This document shows, one piece after another, positions 47,856-61,719 of a stretch of DNA of 64,000 nt. The translations under genes and the position numbers were made by a program. The notes below the pieces were generated by a model. It made no database searches, was not told the DNA's origin, and worked only from the letters and a program-made list of their open reading frames with translations. The stretch is taken from the NCBI RefSeq assembly GCF_009914755.1, contig NC_060928.1, one strand, 5' to 3'. Origin of the DNA: the human T2T-CHM13v2.0 reference genome, Homo sapiens. Position 1 is the stretch's first letter. Each line of letters opens with the position of its first letter.

Positions 47856-49746
47856 AGTAGGTTTTTAAAATGAAAAGGGAGCACCTTTTAAAGTCAAGGC
47901 AGGAGACTCATTTTTGTGACATTTCCACTGGCCAAAGCCTGGAGCAGGATCGTCGGCGTGTGATTCCTTCACTCTGCGTGGGAGGCAGAATAGGAAAAGT
48001 TAAGGTTTAGGCAGGTAACTGTTAGGTGAACAGATGATAGTAACTACAAGGGCTAGAACATGTAACTCTTTCAGACTGGAGCCTACATCCAAAACTGAAA
48101 GTGACGGTTAATAAATATGGAGAAAGACGTTAACCTGAGACTCCGTAGTGTTGTTTTTTTTTTTTTCTCCTGACCAGCAGGTGCAAAGCAGATGACTGAA
48201 GTGGGAACAGAGTGGGAGAGGGCGGGAGAATCGCCCTGAGGGGAAGGCAGGGAACTGGCTGGCACAGAGAGGGAGATTTGATCTGCCCCCGTCTCCAAGA
48301 GCTGCTCTGACACCTGAGATGTAAGGTGACTTTCAGATTTCACAAGGGTTGGACAGGTGTGCAAAAGCTAGCAAATGTGTGTTTATTCAGGGGGCCCCAG
48401 CCTTTTTGGCCCCTTTTTCCTTTGAAAATCAGCTGGAAAAAAGTAGCAAGAATGGCTTTCTAAAGAGAGGTCATCAGAAGGAATTTTTTGTTTTTTAATG
48501 ATTGAAACATTTTGAATCAGGTGAAAAGTAACTGTTTTCTCTCCCCAATTTTTCGCTACCTTGAGAGTGTGTGTGATAACTTCCATATGGTTTTTGCCAC
48601 CCCTCCCCTTCTCCTAAATGCTTTTATGATTCCAGTAAAATGGTCTCCCGGGTCACCCCCGACCTTCTGATCGCCTTCACTGGCTTTTCCTCAGGGTTTC
48701 TCAGCTCCCTGCATCTCCTCATCACAGAGAAAACTTCTCCTGGCCCATAACTTGTTTTTGATGGTTTGTTGTTTGCCCCGTTTGTGTCCCTACTCCGCCA
48801 GTTAATCCTGCACACTGACTTTTCCAGCCCCCACTCTCGGTGCCTACACGACCAGGTTCAAACAAGTCAGCCCCAGCGTCCCAGTCCTGCCTGTGTTTCG
48901 AGATTTGCCTCCCGTTACTGCCCCCAGCCTGCTGCTCCTCTCTCCTTGCACGATCTGCGCCTCGTCCCCAGACAAGCTTTACCACTTCCCAGTTCTCTTT
49001 CTTCATTCCAGCAGAAGCCTGGAAGGTGTGTATGAGGAAGGCATGAAGCTAGGCCCTCTGAGGAACTCACACGCGCGCACCTCATGAAGGCCACCTGGAG
49101 GTCACGTGGTGTGGGGGCAAGGTCACAGACCACGAGGCTCAACAACAACAGTGCTTTGCCTGTCACCACTGCTTTCTAGTTATGTGACCTTCAATTACTT
49201 CACCTCTTGGTTCCTTGGTGTCCTTGTCTATAAATTGGACATAATTCACTTCTTAGTGAGGTTCATTATGATGATGATTAAATGAGGTAAAGTGCCCAGC
49301 AGACGCCGGGCACATAGGACATATGCAAAAATTGGTAGTTCCCTTTCTAACCCAGCGTCCATCCTCAGGGAACTCATCATTTTCTAGCAGGCATGATATT
49401 CTAGGTGACGTGAGTGCTGTAAACAAGAACGCTGGGAGTTCAGAGAAAGAGCACAGAATAGTGCCTGGGCTGACCGTGGAAGATAGCGTATCAAGAAAAG
49501 ATGGATAGGAGTTTCCTAAGGAGTGAAAACTATGACTAAGGTACAGGCATGGAAAACAAGCAGGGAGAGAGAGTCCCCACTTTCTCTGTGTCCTAGGGGA
49601 GGCTTCCTTGCCACCATCCTTAAAATTGCAGCCCCCCGGGAAGTCCCATCACAGCCCGTGCCCCTCCCCTGCTTGATGACTTTCCTGCTTCACTCACCAC
49701 CGTATCATGTACTTATTTCTCTTCTGTGTCCTCACAAGATCAGAGG

Positions 49747-50546
49747 GGTATGTGTGTGTGTGTGTGTGGTGTACGTAGTGGATGTGGGTATGGTGTGTGG
49801 GGGGGTATGGTGTGCGTGTGTGGTGTGTGTGGTGTGTCGTGTGGGTGTGGCGTGTGTGTGGTGGTGTGGTGAGGTGTGTATGTGTGGTGTGTGTATGTGC
49901 AGTGGGTGTGGCAGGGTGTGTGTGGTGTGTGTGTGGGTGTGATGTGTGTGGTGTGGGTACGGTGTGTGCGTGGTGTGGGTATGTGTAGCATGGGTATAGT
50001 GTGTGGTGTGTGTGTGTGGTGTGGGTGTGTGTAGGTGCGTGTGTGGTGGGGTGAGTATGGATGTGTTTGGGGTGTTTATGGTGGGTGTGTGTGTGTGTGT
50101 GGTGGGGTGAGTATGGATGTGGTGTGTGGGGGGTGTGTGTGCATGGTGTGTGGTGGGGTGTGTGTGTGGTGGGGTGAGTATGGATGTGTGTGGGGTGTGT
50201 GTGTGTGGTGTGTGTGGGGTGTGTGTGTGGTGTGTGGTGGGGTGTGTGTGGTGGGGTGAGTATGGATGTGTGTGGGGGGTGTGTGTGTGGTGTGCGGTGG
50301 GGGGTATATGTGTGTGGTGGGTGTGTGGTGGGGTGAGTATGGATGTGTGTGGGTGTGTGTGTGTGTGTGGTGTGCTGTGGGGTGTGTGCGTGTGGTAGGG
50401 TATGGATGTGTGGGGTGTGTGTGTGGTGGGGTGAGTATGGACGTGTGTGGGGGGGTGTGGTGTGTGGTGGGGTGTGTGTGTTTGTGTGTGGTGGGGTATG
50501 TATGGATATGGTGTGTGGGGAGTGTGTGGTGGGGTGTGTGTGTGTG
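49747..50546. repeat. GT-rich compound VNTR / minisatellite (~800 bp)
   Basis: Almost only G and T; recurrent unit GTGTGGTGGGGTGAGTATGGATGTG separated by variable (TG)n. Confidence 0.95.
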
Positions 50547-51172
50547 TCCTCTTCACTGCGTATCCCCCTTACTTATGGAGTGCACACCATTAGATGTGCA
50601 GGTGAACTCAGCTCTCTGACTTAAGGTTACATGACTTGGAAGTCCAAGAAGTTCTGGCAGATAGAGGTAGAAAATGAAGTTGGAAATCATGAGGGCCATT
50701 AAATGACAAATTTGGGGTTTTTTATTTTACTGAGTAGAGATTCTAATCATCTCATTTTTAACAGGGAAAGTGTGCTCTAGGAAAATCTAGCCGACACAGG
50801 GAGGGCAACGATGAATTTGAGAAGGAGGAGATGGGAAGACAAGAATGGATTGTGGTAGTCCAGGCCCCAGGCAAAGAAAGCCTACACTGGATGGTAGACA
50901 CAGAAATAAATAGGAAGGGACAGCAAACATTCCAGCAGAGTTACCTAAACATGACTGTTTTCAATGTCAATAAAAGACTGGAAAACATATCACAGTAGAG
51001 TCACTGGAAGGAATACCAGGCAGCTATCCAAGAGAATGCAGTGAACGTATGTATTCTAAATCTACTGATAGGCAAAAGTAGCCAAATGCCAAGTGAACAT
51101 GCCATGTGAATCCATTTGTATAAATATGTACATAAATGTAAATATGTTGATATGCTGTATTAAACTTATCCA

Positions 51173-51508
<336 letters not shown>

Positions 51509-52307
51509 TCAGACTTAATGTGGTATTTGGGAATGGCATTTAGGAAGGTACCCACTGATCTTTACTATTAGGCTGCACAATTCTGTGCTATATGGTTATT
51601 TTCCTATAAGCATGTATTATTATATAAAAGAATATAAGTGACCCAAGTTAAATGTATCTTGGAAACATTAAGAATATACTTTGAACCATTGCAATTTTTT
51701 AAGTCTGTCACCTAAAATCTCTTGACATGAAATATGTAAACATCAAAATCTGACTGCAGTTTACCTTTTGACTAAAAATCTGGTAAGTTGACCCTTTATT
51801 TAAGAACAGTAATAATGCAAGTGAATTTGGGAAGGCATGATCCAAAATCAAAGGCCCTCTTATTCAAGAACAGAACCACTGTCATACTCAGTTTTACCCA
51901 GGAGCCAGAAAGCATCAGTCCTTACCCTGCAATCTCTGGAGAAGGTTACAGTTTAAAAGCGTGGGTATTCTTCACACAAACACACACACATCTTTATTTC
52001 ATAGTTTATAGCCATTTAAAAGTACGGTTGTGATGACCACAGTGATAAAAATGAAATTAATAATAAATCTGTCATTAAAAGTATATTGCTTTGAAGAAAG
52101 CTATTTATAGTAGTACTTTTTAAAAATGAGTTTCTGAAGAAACAGTACAAATAAAAAATTGTCTGAGCCTGAATCACTCTATTTTATTGTGTGTTTCGGT
52201 CAAAAAGACTTTGTATGTTATTTTATTTAAGGGAAATATAATTCTTTGCAATTATTATAGATAACACTGATATCTTAACTTTACCATTATCTTTAATACT
52301 TTCCCAG

Positions 52308-52374
52308 GTGCCAGTTCAACAGATTCTGACAGTGAAAGTTTAGCTTTCAAATCAAGAGCTGGAGCTATGCCACA
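52308..52374 (+). CDS. PALLD: Palladin exon (67 nt, phase 1-2), contains the internal Met of MPQAQKK
   Basis: TTCCCAG acceptor, CA|GTAAGT donor; encodes (G)ASSTDSDSESLAFKSRAGAMP(Q), in frame with the previous exon. Confidence 0.95.
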
Positions 52375-52516
52375 GTAAGTGCCTACAATTCCATCGATTA
52401 TGTGGAAACAAAGAATGGCAACAGAATGGTTGGGGTATGAAACCATGTTTGCTGTGCTTTGAAGAAAAAAGTCAACTGATGTTAATCAGAGATCAAATAC
52501 TGAGGTTGGAACACAA

Positions 52517-52828
52517 TTTTTTTTTTTTTTTTTTTTTTTGAGACAGGGTCTCACTCTGTCACCCAGGTTGAAGTACGGTGGTGCGACATGGCTCACTGAA
52601 GCCTTGACCTCCCAGGCTCAAGTGGTCCTCCTACTTTAGCCTCCCAAGTAGCTGGGATTATAGGCATACACCACCACACCTGGCTAATCTTTTTTTATTT
52701 TTTGGTAGAGATGGGGTCTCACTGTGTTGTCCAGGCTCATCTGGAACTCTTGGACTCAAGCGATCCTCCTGCCTCAGCTTCCCAAATTGTTGGGAGGGAT
52801 TATAGGCATGAGCCAACATGTCCAGCCC
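52517..52828 (-). mobile_element. AluJ SINE
   Basis: Poly-T plus J-type reverse dimer; TSD GAACACAATTTTT. Confidence 0.93.
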
Positions 52829-53973
52829 GAACACAATTTTTAACTTGTAAATTTGAACTTTGAAGTCTGCATTTCATCATTGATATGCCAGAATTTTACC
52901 ATATGCAATGTTAGTTTCAAAGACAGCCATCTAATTTATTATAAATGTATGGAAAGAGAAGTCACATTAAGAGAAAATCAATTAAATCATTACTAAAATG
53001 TGAGGACCAATTTATTTATGCAAGTTGGAAAATATCTAATTAGGCCAGAAGTAGGTTCTCCTTTGGATACGATCTATATTTATTTAGATCTTGTACCCGA
53101 AATTCACAAAACTTAGTTATTCCTACAAAGACATACCAATTATTAAAATGTTAATATCTTAATTATTTGGCAAAAATAAAATCTACCAGAAATTCCTATT
53201 ATGGAAAAGTCCATAAATATTGAGTCTGTTCTAATAAATTTCTTTTATCTGCTAGTATGTACATAAAAATTATATCCATTCAGCATCAAATAATCAGTGA
53301 TGCTTAAAGGATCTTCTAAGGTTATTTTACCACCCCTGGTTTTTATAAGGAGCTCAAGTTTAGTGAAGTTACATGGCTTGCTTCAGATTTCACAGCCAGC
53401 TACTTGACAAAGCTGGGCCTAGAAATCAACTCTTCTTAATCTTCTCTAAATATCTCACTAACTTATATGCACTAAGAAAACACAAAAATTCCAAGATACC
53501 GACAACAAAATTAGAAACCAGAAAAAAGAACAGCTGTTAGACTTAAAATAGACAACCAAAACTTTGAGTTAAATATAGGACCCTAACCCTAAACATTTCA
53601 AATCTCTGCTTATCAATAAAGATTGGATTTTTTCCAAATATTTTCTCTTAGGATTTTCAAGTTTAATACGTTAGCATCTTCAACAGCGTCTCAGTTACAT
53701 CTAGCTACTTTTCTTTTACTCATGTTTTGATTTTGCTTAATGTCTATAAGGTACATTCTATAAGGTACATGTATATACTGACCACAGCTATTCTAGCTGT
53801 AGGTTATGCATTCCCATTGTGGAAGCAATTACAGTTGAAGCGGATTGCGTATACAAAAAGAAACCCAGCTTTTCTGTTGAAACGTTTCAAGGAATTATTT
53901 CTGCTAAAAAAAAAAAACAAAAAAACGAAAACAAAAAATATTCTGACTAAACACTCACCTTCCTATTTTCCAG

Positions 53974-54079
53974 AGCTCAAAAGAAAACAACTTCTGTTTC
54001 CTTGACAATAGGATCATCATCTCCAAAGACAGGGGTGACCACAGCTGTGATTCAACCACTGTCTGTCCCTGTGCAACAG
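53974..54079 (+). CDS. PALLD: Palladin exon (106 nt, phase 2-0)
   Basis: TTTTCCAG acceptor, CAG|GTAAGT donor; encodes (Q)AQKKTTSVSLTIGSSSPKTGVTTAVIQPLSVPVQQ. Confidence 0.95.
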
Positions 54080-55379
54080 GTAAGTATGCTTTGAGCCAGA
54101 GCCCATAAGGGGTCGAACTCATCAGCAAACTTGTGGATTTTAAGAATATGACTTTGATTCTAACTAGTATACTCCCTTGAAATATTTTCTAAGTGGACAC
54201 AAAATTCAGAGCAAAGAAAATTGTAGGTAATGTTTCTCCTTTCAGTTCACTAAAAACAACCTTTAACCAAAACCACACTGCCAATTAGTCAACATTTGCA
54301 TTTCCATTGGGAACTTCTTTCTCTAACAGCTAATAATCTGATAAACTGGTGTCTGTTTTAGCTGTAACTATTTGATTATTCCCTCACATGTGTATGCTCT
54401 TTCATATAGCCAAATTTATTAGCTCATTACAAATTAAAAGACAAGTCTGCATACCAACAAAAAGCTTTCCCACTCCTAAAAGCTAAACAAATAAGAAAAA
54501 ACAACTCAAATTCCTTGACTTCACCATGCTTTTTGATCTTGCTTTTATTTTATTGTAAGACTGCTATAGCCATGAAAGAACAATAATATAAACTACTGGA
54601 AAGTAGTTGTAATGAATTTACTTTGCAAACACAAACAATATGAACTTCTTTTAAAAAAAAAAGTAGAAAACCATTACATCTGGATGTCTCTAAATCATGG
54701 TTTAATGAATATGTTCAAAGACAACACTCACAGAAAGGTTTTCCCCCACAGTCTGGAAATGTAAACTCATTCCTAAGTAATGAGTATGTCTTATAAGTAT
54801 CACCATGTCCTCCCTCAGCCTTTATTACCTATTGAATGCTCAGGGGTGTTTCAGCCACTATAGAGGCCAATAGGTGCTATCGATATGTGGAAAATACAAA
54901 CAGTAGAGAGAAGACATTTGGGTCCATAAACTTGAATCAACAAGTATCAGTTACTCAGAGATGGCATATATAGTACATATTTCCTTTAAACCCCTTAATC
55001 AGAGTGGAATTTATAGAAATATTTGATTAAATCAGTGGGCATTTTTTGGTATTTGATGTTTAAATATTGATAAATATTTATTGAGTGCTTAGTACGGTGC
55101 TAGGCATTTCATGACAGGAAAAAATGTCACCCACCCCATTCCCAAATGGGGTGAATGTGACAGAATGTATTTAGATGTAAGACAGAAGCCTAGGAAATAG
55201 AGAGATACACACACATCTAGATATGTAAATACCATAATAATGTAAAGAGTGAATTTTTAAATGGATTAAATTCTACAAAGACATGGAATGGAAGGTAATT
55301 TACCCCATGTTTATAGTTGGGAGAATGAAGCACCCAGAGAAACTCCATCGCTTTATTATTGCAGGCAATGTGACATCAA

Positions 55380-55610
55380 GTAATGCTCTGGAACCAGACT
55401 CCCTGGGTTTGAATCCCAGTTCTATCACTTCCTAACGGAGGGACCTTAAGCAAATAAAATGTAACCCTTCAAGCCGAGTTTCTTCATCTGTAAAATGAAG
55501 ATGATAACACTATGTATCTCATAAGTTTGTCCTGAAGATCCAGTGAGTTAATCTTCATATGACACTTGGAACAGTCCCTGGCATAGAGTAAATATTAATA
55601 CTATAAGAGT
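55380..55610. mobile_element. MIR
   Basis: CTGGGTTTGAATCCCAGTTCTATCACTT...TTTCTTCATCTGTAAAATG. Confidence 0.8.
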
Positions 55611-56460
55611 GTTCACATATTCTTGGGACATAAAAAGACAGTGAAAAGTGAAACCCAGACCTCTTGAATCACAGGCCAGTAAAGTCTTCCAGGGTTAATG
55701 AATAAACTCCATTAGCATCCTAGCATCTCTACCGCTCTGCCACAATTCTTCATGATGTCCTGTGGCATATTTAGACACACGATACCAGATCACCATCATC
55801 TTGGGTTAAGAAGCTAACAACCACTTACATAAGTGAATAAATCCAGATCATTTAAAAATAAGTGATAGTACACAAAGAAATATTTTCCATTCACTACTCT
55901 GAAATCCTTATATTTCTCCAGAGATGAATGTCATTGAATAGGTATTTTAGCACGTTTCTTTTTTGCACGTCAATAAAAAAAAATTCTTTTCTCTCCTTTC
56001 CCATAATCCCTATATCAAAAAAGAGTACAAGTTAAATAAGATAGGTAGATGTTTGATAATTTACCCTCCAGTGCCAATAGCCAATGGCTTTTATGCATTG
56101 AATCCAAACTGTATTTAAAAATAAAATACATTGTCTACGAGAACTTTAAAAAAGACGCATGTGGAAGTCCCACACACAGAAATCCATTTGGTAATAGCAT
56201 TTAAAAGCTCGTGGATCCCCAAGGACCCAGGGAACTTTTACCTTGAATATCCTTTTGAACAGAGAAGAGTAACAGATGTGAAATGAGGAAGTGGAACAAT
56301 GTCTGTACTGTAAGAGCAGACGAGCAAAATGATGTATGGTGGTACTTTCATTCACTCATTTCCTTCAAGTGGGTGATCCCCATAATGAAAGGTTTCTTCA
56401 GCCCATCTTTTAGGCAATTTATATATTTAGAATTTGATCCATATGTCTCTGCTTTTGCAG

Positions 56461-56535
56461 GTTCACAGTCCAACTTCATATCTCTGCCGACCTGATGGAA
56501 CCACTACTGCCTACTTTCCTCCTGTTTTTACAAAG
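56461..56535 (+). CDS. PALLD: Palladin exon (75 nt, phase 0-0), leading into Ig2
   Basis: TTTTGCAG acceptor, AAG|GTCTGA donor; encodes VHSPTSYLCRPDGTTTAYFPPVFTK (PxF begins Ig strand A). Confidence 0.93.
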
Positions 56536-57169
56536 GTCTGACATCTGGAAGTCTCATTCTCTGTGTTTGCTTTGGTCCTTAAATTTCATTTACATGTGGC
56601 TTCGTGTAGCAATCTTTAAAAATTAAAAGGAACAGATTAGTAGGCTGATTACCATGGTTACCTTTGGGACTAAATAGATATTTGTTGAACGACTGCCGTG
56701 TGACTGTAATCTTGTGATGGGTTCTGAGAGATGTGAGCAGGAACTTGATAGAGCCTAAAATCTAGTGGGAAAGCCAAGACAGATAGAAAAAAAAAAAAAA
56801 AAAAAAAAAACCTGCTGTGTAGGAAATTGCTTAGGAGATCTAGCAAGTTTTATAGAAATTCAGAAAAACTGACTAATTTTCCATTTGTCCTGAGTCCGGA
56901 ATTTGCATTGCCAGGCTGAATGACATCCATTTCATTGGTCAGCCTCTCAAGTCAGAAATGCTTCCATATAGCATTTCTTCTCTTTCTTTTTCCTTTTTCC
57001 TTCCTTTTTTTTAGAGAAAATTATAAAACTTTATTAAAAGACATTTTAAAAGGCCCAAATAAATGGAGACATATGACATGCTTGCAGACTAATAGACCGT
57101 ATAAAGCCATGACTCCCTGATTAATCTGTATTTAATGTAATCTGGCTAAAATTCTAGCAGCTTCCTGGG

Positions 57170-57582
57170 TTTTTTTGTTTTGGTTTGGTTTGTTTTTTTT
57201 ACTTTAAATTCTGGGATACACGTGCAGAATGTGCTGGTTTGTTATGTAGGTATACACGTGCCATGGTGGTTTGCTGCACCTATCAACCCGTCATCTAGGT
57301 TTTAAGCCCTGCATGCATTAGGTATTTGTCCTAATGCTATCCCTCCCCTTGTCCCCCACCTCCCGACAGGCCCCAGGTGTGTGATGTTCCCCTCCCGGTG
57401 TCCATGTGTTCTCATTGTTCAACTCCCACTTATAAGTAAGAACATTCAGTGTTTGGTTTTCTGTTCCTGTGTTAGTTTGCTGAGAATGATGGTTTCCAGC
57501 TTCATCCATGTCCCTGCAAAGGACATGAATTCATTCTTTTTTATGCCTGCATAGTATTCCATAGTGTATATGAGCCACATTT
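57170..57582 (-). mobile_element. L1PA (about PA7-PA10) 3' end, the 3' half of a U6-L1 chimera
   Basis: T-rich tail, then ACTTTAAATTCTGGGATACACGTGCAG...GTTCTCATTGTTCAACTCCCACTTATAAGT...CATAGTATTCCAT. Confidence 0.93.
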
Positions 57583-57691
57583 AAAAATATGGAACGCTTC
57601 ACGAATTTGCATGTCATCCTTGTGCAGAGGTCATGCTAATCTTCTCTGTATCATCTCGATCTTAGTATATATGAGCTGCCAAAGCAAGCAC
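57583..57691 (-). pseudogene. Full-length U6 snRNA retropseudogene (RNU6 family)
   Basis: Reverse strand reads GTGCTTGCTTTGGCAGC...GATACAGAGAAGATTAGCATG...GCAAATTCGTGAAGCGTTCCATATTTTT. About a dozen substitutions (many at CpGs) and a 2-nt insertion versus U6; no PSE/TATA promoter. Confidence 0.96.
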
Positions 57692-58146
57692 AGGTTCCTG
57701 GTTTTTAATTGTTTGTTTGATATGGAATTTAGCAACCTGATTCAAAAAGTTGTGTGGAGGAAAAAAGTGGCTAAGAATAGCCAGGATACACCTGAGGAAG
57801 GAAAATAAGGTAGTGTTAGGAAGGAGTGGGATTTGTCCTATAAGATAGCAAGACGTTTTAAAGGTATAGTAATTAGGACAGTATGGTACTGGTACAAGGC
57901 TAGAGAAATTGATGTGTAATCGGAGTAGAGCCCACAAAGTTTCTGAATACCTACAGAAACTTGCAAATTGCTGGAGAAAGAATGAATTCTTCAGCAGAGG
58001 TGAAAAAGTATCCAGTTGGACTCCTACCTCATACTTTTCACGACAAACAATTCCTAGTAAACTAAAGACAAATGTGAAAGCAAATCTATAAAACTTTTGT
58101 GAGGCAGTAAAGAAAAGCATTTTTGTAATCTCCATAGAAGGAGTGA

Positions 58147-59240
<1,094 letters not shown>

Positions 59241-60375
59241 GTCCAAGGGTTACCTCCATCTGTTTTCTCATGCTACTCTGGAAGAGATTCCTAGGTCTCA
59301 CAGCTGGTCAGAGGCAGAGCCAGTGCTCCTGCCTGCAGGCCACCTGGCAGACTGGTGGACCACAGGACTGTGGGTAGCATGGACGTACATGTGACATTTC
59401 TTCCCAAATAGACCCCTCCAAAGAATCACAATGTCAGGTGGACTTGATGGTATGGCCAGAGGGGTCCTTGTATGGATCCTGAAACCCCCAGGGCCCCCAG
59501 ATCCTACACAAAGTAGATGATCCAGGTTGCCAGGTGCATCCTGTAAAGGTTGACTTTCAGTCTCCTTTGGGGCTCCTTGTTATGTTCCCGAAGGTTCTCC
59601 TAATGGCTTACTATGTTTAGCCATGGCTTTTGCCAAGATAAAAATGTTAGCTCCAGGAGGATCCAAATGGCAATCCTGGAATAACTGTGGAGCTTTGACT
59701 GATTAAGTTACTTGGCATCTACCCATTTCCTACATCTTTGACTTTCCGACACTGAAAAAAAAAAATGCATAATCTTAGGAATAAATCAAAGTCTCTTTTG
59801 GTGCCTCAAAGCTGAAGCATGAAAAATATTTTGGTGCCATTTGTAGTCTATCCTGAACAGCTTCCTGGACAAGCCTAGAGACATTTAATAGGTTAATCCG
59901 TAGAAGCTGGACCCCATAAGTGACACTTACCCTGTTTTGATCTAATAAATTAGCTATTCTATGGACCCAGTCACAAAGGAAGAAAAATATGATTTAAAAC
60001 CAGAGATTTTCTCCATTTAAAAATACGGAAGAAGAAAGAACGCAATCAGAAATAGTTGATCATCTAAACCTTGTCACTTAAAGACATTCTAGTTAACTAC
60101 CAAAATGTCTATCAAATGTCTTCTCAGACTTCACATTAGACTTTTATAGTTCTTCTGCCAATGTCATAGGTTTTAGAATTCCCTCAGGGTTTTAGCACAC
60201 TTACTGCAGGACATTGGTTACAGAATTGGTTTTTTCCAGGACATCATTTATTGTCCCATCAGATAATTTAAACACACATGCATACAAACAAACAAAACAA
60301 TTCACACTTCCTAATGAATGTGAATTTGTTTGCTTTTGGTGTATATATGGATAAATTATGTTTGAGTTATTTTGA

Positions 60376-60738
<363 letters not shown>

Positions 60739-61577
60739 TAGTCAGAAGTTTAAATAGTAAGAAAGTTTAAAAGGCCCTATTGCTAGTTAATTCTGGAGAA
60801 GGAGGGTAGAGAGAAGATATATGTGAGGGAAATATTAATGTCCTGATATTTAAGAACAAGTATAAAAGCTTTACTTCTTTGTATCTATAAAACCAAATTA
60901 ATTTCTGATCTGTTGGATTGTAAAGATTTATTGGTCTGGAGTTGGAGTGCGGTGAGGGACAACAAAGGCAGGAGCAAAGAAGGAGGAAATGAAGGTCAAT
61001 AAGGAAGAAGTACAGCATGTTTCATTACTTTACTCAGAATCTCAAAATGAGAAAATGTAGAAACCCCTTAGCTTAATAAACTTGACATAGGAAACTAGTC
61101 AGGCAGAGGTGGTACATGAAAAGGCTGAGGCATGTGAAAACAAATGCATGTCTTTTTTCTCTTCTTGTCTGGTTTTCATAAGAATCTACTTTTATTTAGA
61201 GTGTGGTCGTTTCAAGAAATTCACATTCCACCTGCTTCCTTTTAAATGTAGATAAAGAAAGTTAACATTGGTTACCATCAAATTCCATAAATGCAGAGCA
61301 GTCAGTGCAAATTTGCAGACAGGCCAGAAAGCTCTACAGGACTTATGGTACACTTTACTCATTTTATGACTTGGAGAGGGTGAAAAGCTGATAATCGGTG
61401 GGTCCAAAGGTGTTTATCCTTACCTGAGTCAGTGCTAATTATTTGATGATGCAAGTTTTGCATTTTGTGTTTGTATCTGTTTTGTCTGAGGTTTGGAATT
61501 TTTATTCTGTGTTGTGAAATTGCTTAAAAATGCACCAAAGTCTGATGGGGTTTTCCTTGAATTTCCTTGAATTTCAG

Positions 61578-61719
61578 GAACTGCAAAACACAGCCGTGGC
61601 GGAAGGCCAGGTGGTGGTTCTGGAGTGCCGGGTCCGTGGGGCACCCCCTCTGCAGGTCCAGTGGTTTCGGCAAGGGAGTGAAATCCAAGACTCTCCAGAT
61701 TTCCGAATTCTACAGAAAA
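61578..61719 (+). CDS. PALLD: Palladin exon, N-terminal part of Ig-like domain 2 (142 nt, phase 0-1)
   Basis: TTTCAG acceptor, A|GTAAGG donor; encodes ELQNTAVAEGQVVVLECRVRGAPPLQVQWFRQGSEIQDSPDFRILQK (I-set LxC and W motifs). Confidence 0.97.

Larger units (their letters stand above)
57013..58146 (+). mobile_element. Ancient L1M ORF2 fragment (host of the U6-L1 insertion)
   Basis: AGAGAAAATTATAAAACTTTATTAAAAGACA...AAATAAATGGAGA (ENYKTLLKDI...NKWR); resumes after 57706 with TAGTAATTAGGACAGTATGGTACTGG. Confidence 0.8.

Noticed and set aside
49732-50624. 274-aa His/Thr/Pro-rich ORF and Val/Cys/Gly-rich ORFs
   Set aside because: Stop-free frames caused by the GT-only VNTR.
53743-53770. 14-bp tandem duplication TCTATAAGGTACAT x2
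   Set aside because: Ordinary slippage duplication 200 nt from the exon, with no evident function.
57583-57691. Functional U6 snRNA gene
   Set aside because: CpG decay, an indel, no upstream PSE/TATA, and fusion to L1 with TSDs mark it as a retrocopy.
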